Positions 61,756-64,000 of a stretch of DNA of 64,000 bases are shown here, in pieces. The first letter of the stretch is position 1. Every line of letters starts with the position of its first letter. Source of the DNA: a virus; the IMG/VR virus record IMGVR_UViG_3300047320_000099, positions 6,791 to 70,790 of that record; one strand, given 5' to 3'. Under the pieces are notes generated by a model. That model worked only from the letters and a program-made list of their open reading frames with translations. It made no database searches and was not told the DNA's origin. Position numbers and translations under genes: made by a program.

Positions 61756-63658
61756 ATCTAACACCCGAAGACATCGCCCTGCTTCTGGACAAGAACGTCC
61801 ACGGCTTCACTAATGCCCAGTTTTCCAGATGGGGATTTACCGAGAAACCCAAGAAAGGCTGGAGAACCAGCCTGCTGATCGAGAACGGAATCAATCCACA
61901 TCCTCCGATCATTGAGAACTGCGAGATTCTGGAAATTCCCGACTACATTCAGCCCATTGTCCAAGGCGTAGGTGGCGAGCATTGGAACGAGCTTTCCAAG
62001 GGAACCCAGCATGTGATCGCGCAATGGATCGCCAAAGTCGTCAAGGAGTACAACGAGAAACCCCGTTAATGCAAATAACCAAGGAGAAAGAAATGACCAA
62101 AGAGAAGCTAAGCCAAACATTGGAAAAACTGGAGGAGTCCGAAAGGAAATCCTCCATCGTCGAAGACCTGATCGAGCAGTACGAGAAGGATTCCAAATTC
62201 ACCCACACCACCATCCGCGTCTACAATCACAAGGGAACCTATCGCTCTCAGAATTACTGGAGAGATGTTCAGATCCCCATTCCAACCCTTCTGGAAGTTC
62301 TGAGAGGTCAAAAGAAGACTGCCGATTCAAAAGCCAGAACCATTAGGAAGGCACTGAAGATTACTGAATAACCAAGGAGAACCAATGAAGGCACTAATAG
62401 AAATTACCTGTGGGGCTCCACATTTGATGGCTAAGGCTCTAGAAGATCGGGCATGGCTGTGTGATGTGACGATAAGCATTCGCAACCGGAGATGCCTATC
62501 CCGACGATTGACTGCCTATGCCGAAGGGGAAGAAACGAAACTCAAGGAGTTCCTTGAAAGCTCCAAGCTATTCCACGATTCAAATCTAACAGGGGACCGT
62601 GAATTCAGCGCCCTAACCCCCGATTCATGAAACATCAGATCCAATCCAAACTCTTCACCCGAGCTGTCCATCTCCGCATCCAAGGGAACCCAGGAATAAC
62701 CCAAGAAGAGATCAAAGCTCAGATACCCGATCTGGAAGGCTCCGTCCTCTCCGCCACCATAACTCTCCTACGCCATAAGCTGATCCGCCAGGAAGGCGGG
62801 AAACCCGCAAGATTCTATCCTGTATGAGCGAACCAATCTCAATCCACGGAATATCGACAACCCTCGAAAATGGGGAAATGGTACATAGATGGCTATTTCG
62901 CCCAGCACCGCGAGAAAACGAACAAACCATATCCCCCGATCCTATCGACCCGGAGGATCTCAGGAACTATATTGTGGAATTGGATACCACCCTTGGAATA
63001 GCCAAGGCAATCGAAAGAAAGCTCATTAATTCAAATAACGACCAATGAAAGACCATTCACACCTTATCGAATCCCTGAAGCGAGACGAAGAGCAACAGGA
63101 TGCCCTTCAGAACGCTCCACAAGCCCCGTGTAGCCCTTCCGGTCCCTTTGGTGTCCCAATGTCCTTCCGGGACTTCCTGCGTCTCAAAAAAGAGGTGTTA
63201 GAAGCGTATCAACTCTATCTGGACGAGCTGGAGGACTTCAGGTGGCATCAATACTTCTCAATGGAGGAGGGATCTAGCCATGAAGACGCCTCCGGTCAAA
63301 TCCAGCTCTTGGGCTATCGCCGCTTAAAAGGGGGGAAGACCCTTATTCCTTCATCGGAATGGCCCGAAGCCCTCAAGGGCCTGACACAGGAGGATATCGA
63401 GATTCTGAAGCTATGAATGAGATCGAACAACTTTGGGAGAAGAAAGACCCCTTGTATAACCATAACCCCGAATGGTTTAAGGGAAACGGATTCCAGAGCT
63501 GGTTTACTGGCCATTGGGTTTCCTTCCATCGCGGTCCCAAACCTCCCGAAGCCCTCGATGACCATACCTACTGGATCTGCGGGGAGATCGTCAGGAAATG
63601 GAGCGGGAAGCGCTGGGAGATCACCGGGAGACTGAAGGAAAAGCAACATTCTCCTTGA
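61752..63658 (+). CDS. Small hypothetical genes (61752-62069, 62093-62371, 62385-62630, 62627-62827 wHTH-like, 62824-63048, 63045-63416, 63413-63658)
   Basis: Coupled ORFs; 62627 has NPGITQEEI..ITLLRHKLI wHTH pattern. Confidence 0.65.
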
Positions 63659-63659
63659 T

Positions 63660-64000
63660 CTCTCCCGTGGGAGTAGCTAGCTTAAAGAAGGATCGAAACA
63701 GGGGTTACGATTTGATGTTCCCGAGATTGAGAGTACCGGAATTGATCTGCGGAAGCCCCTGCGCATTGTGAACTCAATCCAGCAATGCCGATCCACCAAT
63801 TTATGCGGGGGATGTGCGCCTATCGGGAAACCGAGTCCTTCGCTCCACTTGCCAAGAAGCAGCCAAGTTGCCGGTTCGCTACCGGATGATCTGTGTGAGC
63901 CCTCGGGATAACCATAGAGAGAATGACAAAAAGCCCGTCCAATTTTAACACTCCCTGGCCCGCAAGGGCCTAGCGAATAGCGAGGTGTCCCGAAATGGAC
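63660..64000 (+). ncRNA. Candidate structured non-coding RNA (runs off window edge)
   Basis: ORF-free; hairpins with GAAA and GCAA tetraloops. Confidence 0.4.

Larger units (their letters stand above)
1890..63039. repeat. Dispersed 15-bp dyad RTTAWT-N3-AWTAAY (about 20 copies including variants)
   Basis: e.g. 1890, 5099, 5469, 6682, 9928, 11920, 15025, 15326, 17106, 19139, 31311, 42372, 48258, 51184, 60194, 62065, 63025. Confidence 0.85.

Noticed and set aside
1890-63039. CtrA box or known LexA box identity for the dyad
   Set aside because: TTAA spacing is 5 rather than 7, and it does not match CTGT-N8-ACAG or GAAC-N4-GTTC type boxes
1-64000. Genome-wide stop-codon reassignment
   Set aside because: Long genes are intact in the standard code and TAA, TAG and TGA all terminate genes; no suppressor tRNA seen

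Overview
The window is most or all of a roughly 64-kb tailed dsDNA phage genome with podovirus-like architecture. No integrase, DNA polymerase, tRNA or cas gene is visible. The + strand (1-26934 and 60290-63658) carries densely packed small early genes and a replication/recombination module: two full-length replication-initiator-like paralogs plus a C-terminal-only third copy, DnaB, a PD-(D/E)XK exonuclease, an SSB-like protein, RuvC, GroES, HNH nucleases and a LexA-type DNA-binding domain. The - strand (26936-60081) is the late operon: fibres, a lysis/lipoprotein cluster with a PL3 pectate-lyase-like lipoprotein, TerL, portal, scaffold, a 671-aa Cys-rich capsid, tail adaptor/nozzle and three Cys-free ejection proteins including a 2628-aa protein. 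The most striking non-coding signal is a solitary type I-C CRISPR repeat just downstream of the capsid stop codon. Its 'spacer' is a synonymous variant of the capsid 3' end, and the expressed capsid copy sits directly behind a TTC PAM. This could be a host-Cascade-exploiting kin-competition/homing element, a CreR-like regulator or an RNA anti-CRISPR. Also seen: a 15-bp dyad RTTAWT-N3-AWTAAY repeated about 20 times at gene junctions, a GACC(A/T)ATG start-associated motif, and a hairpin-rich non-coding region at the right edge. All protein calls come from visual motif recognition and synteny; no database searches were run.
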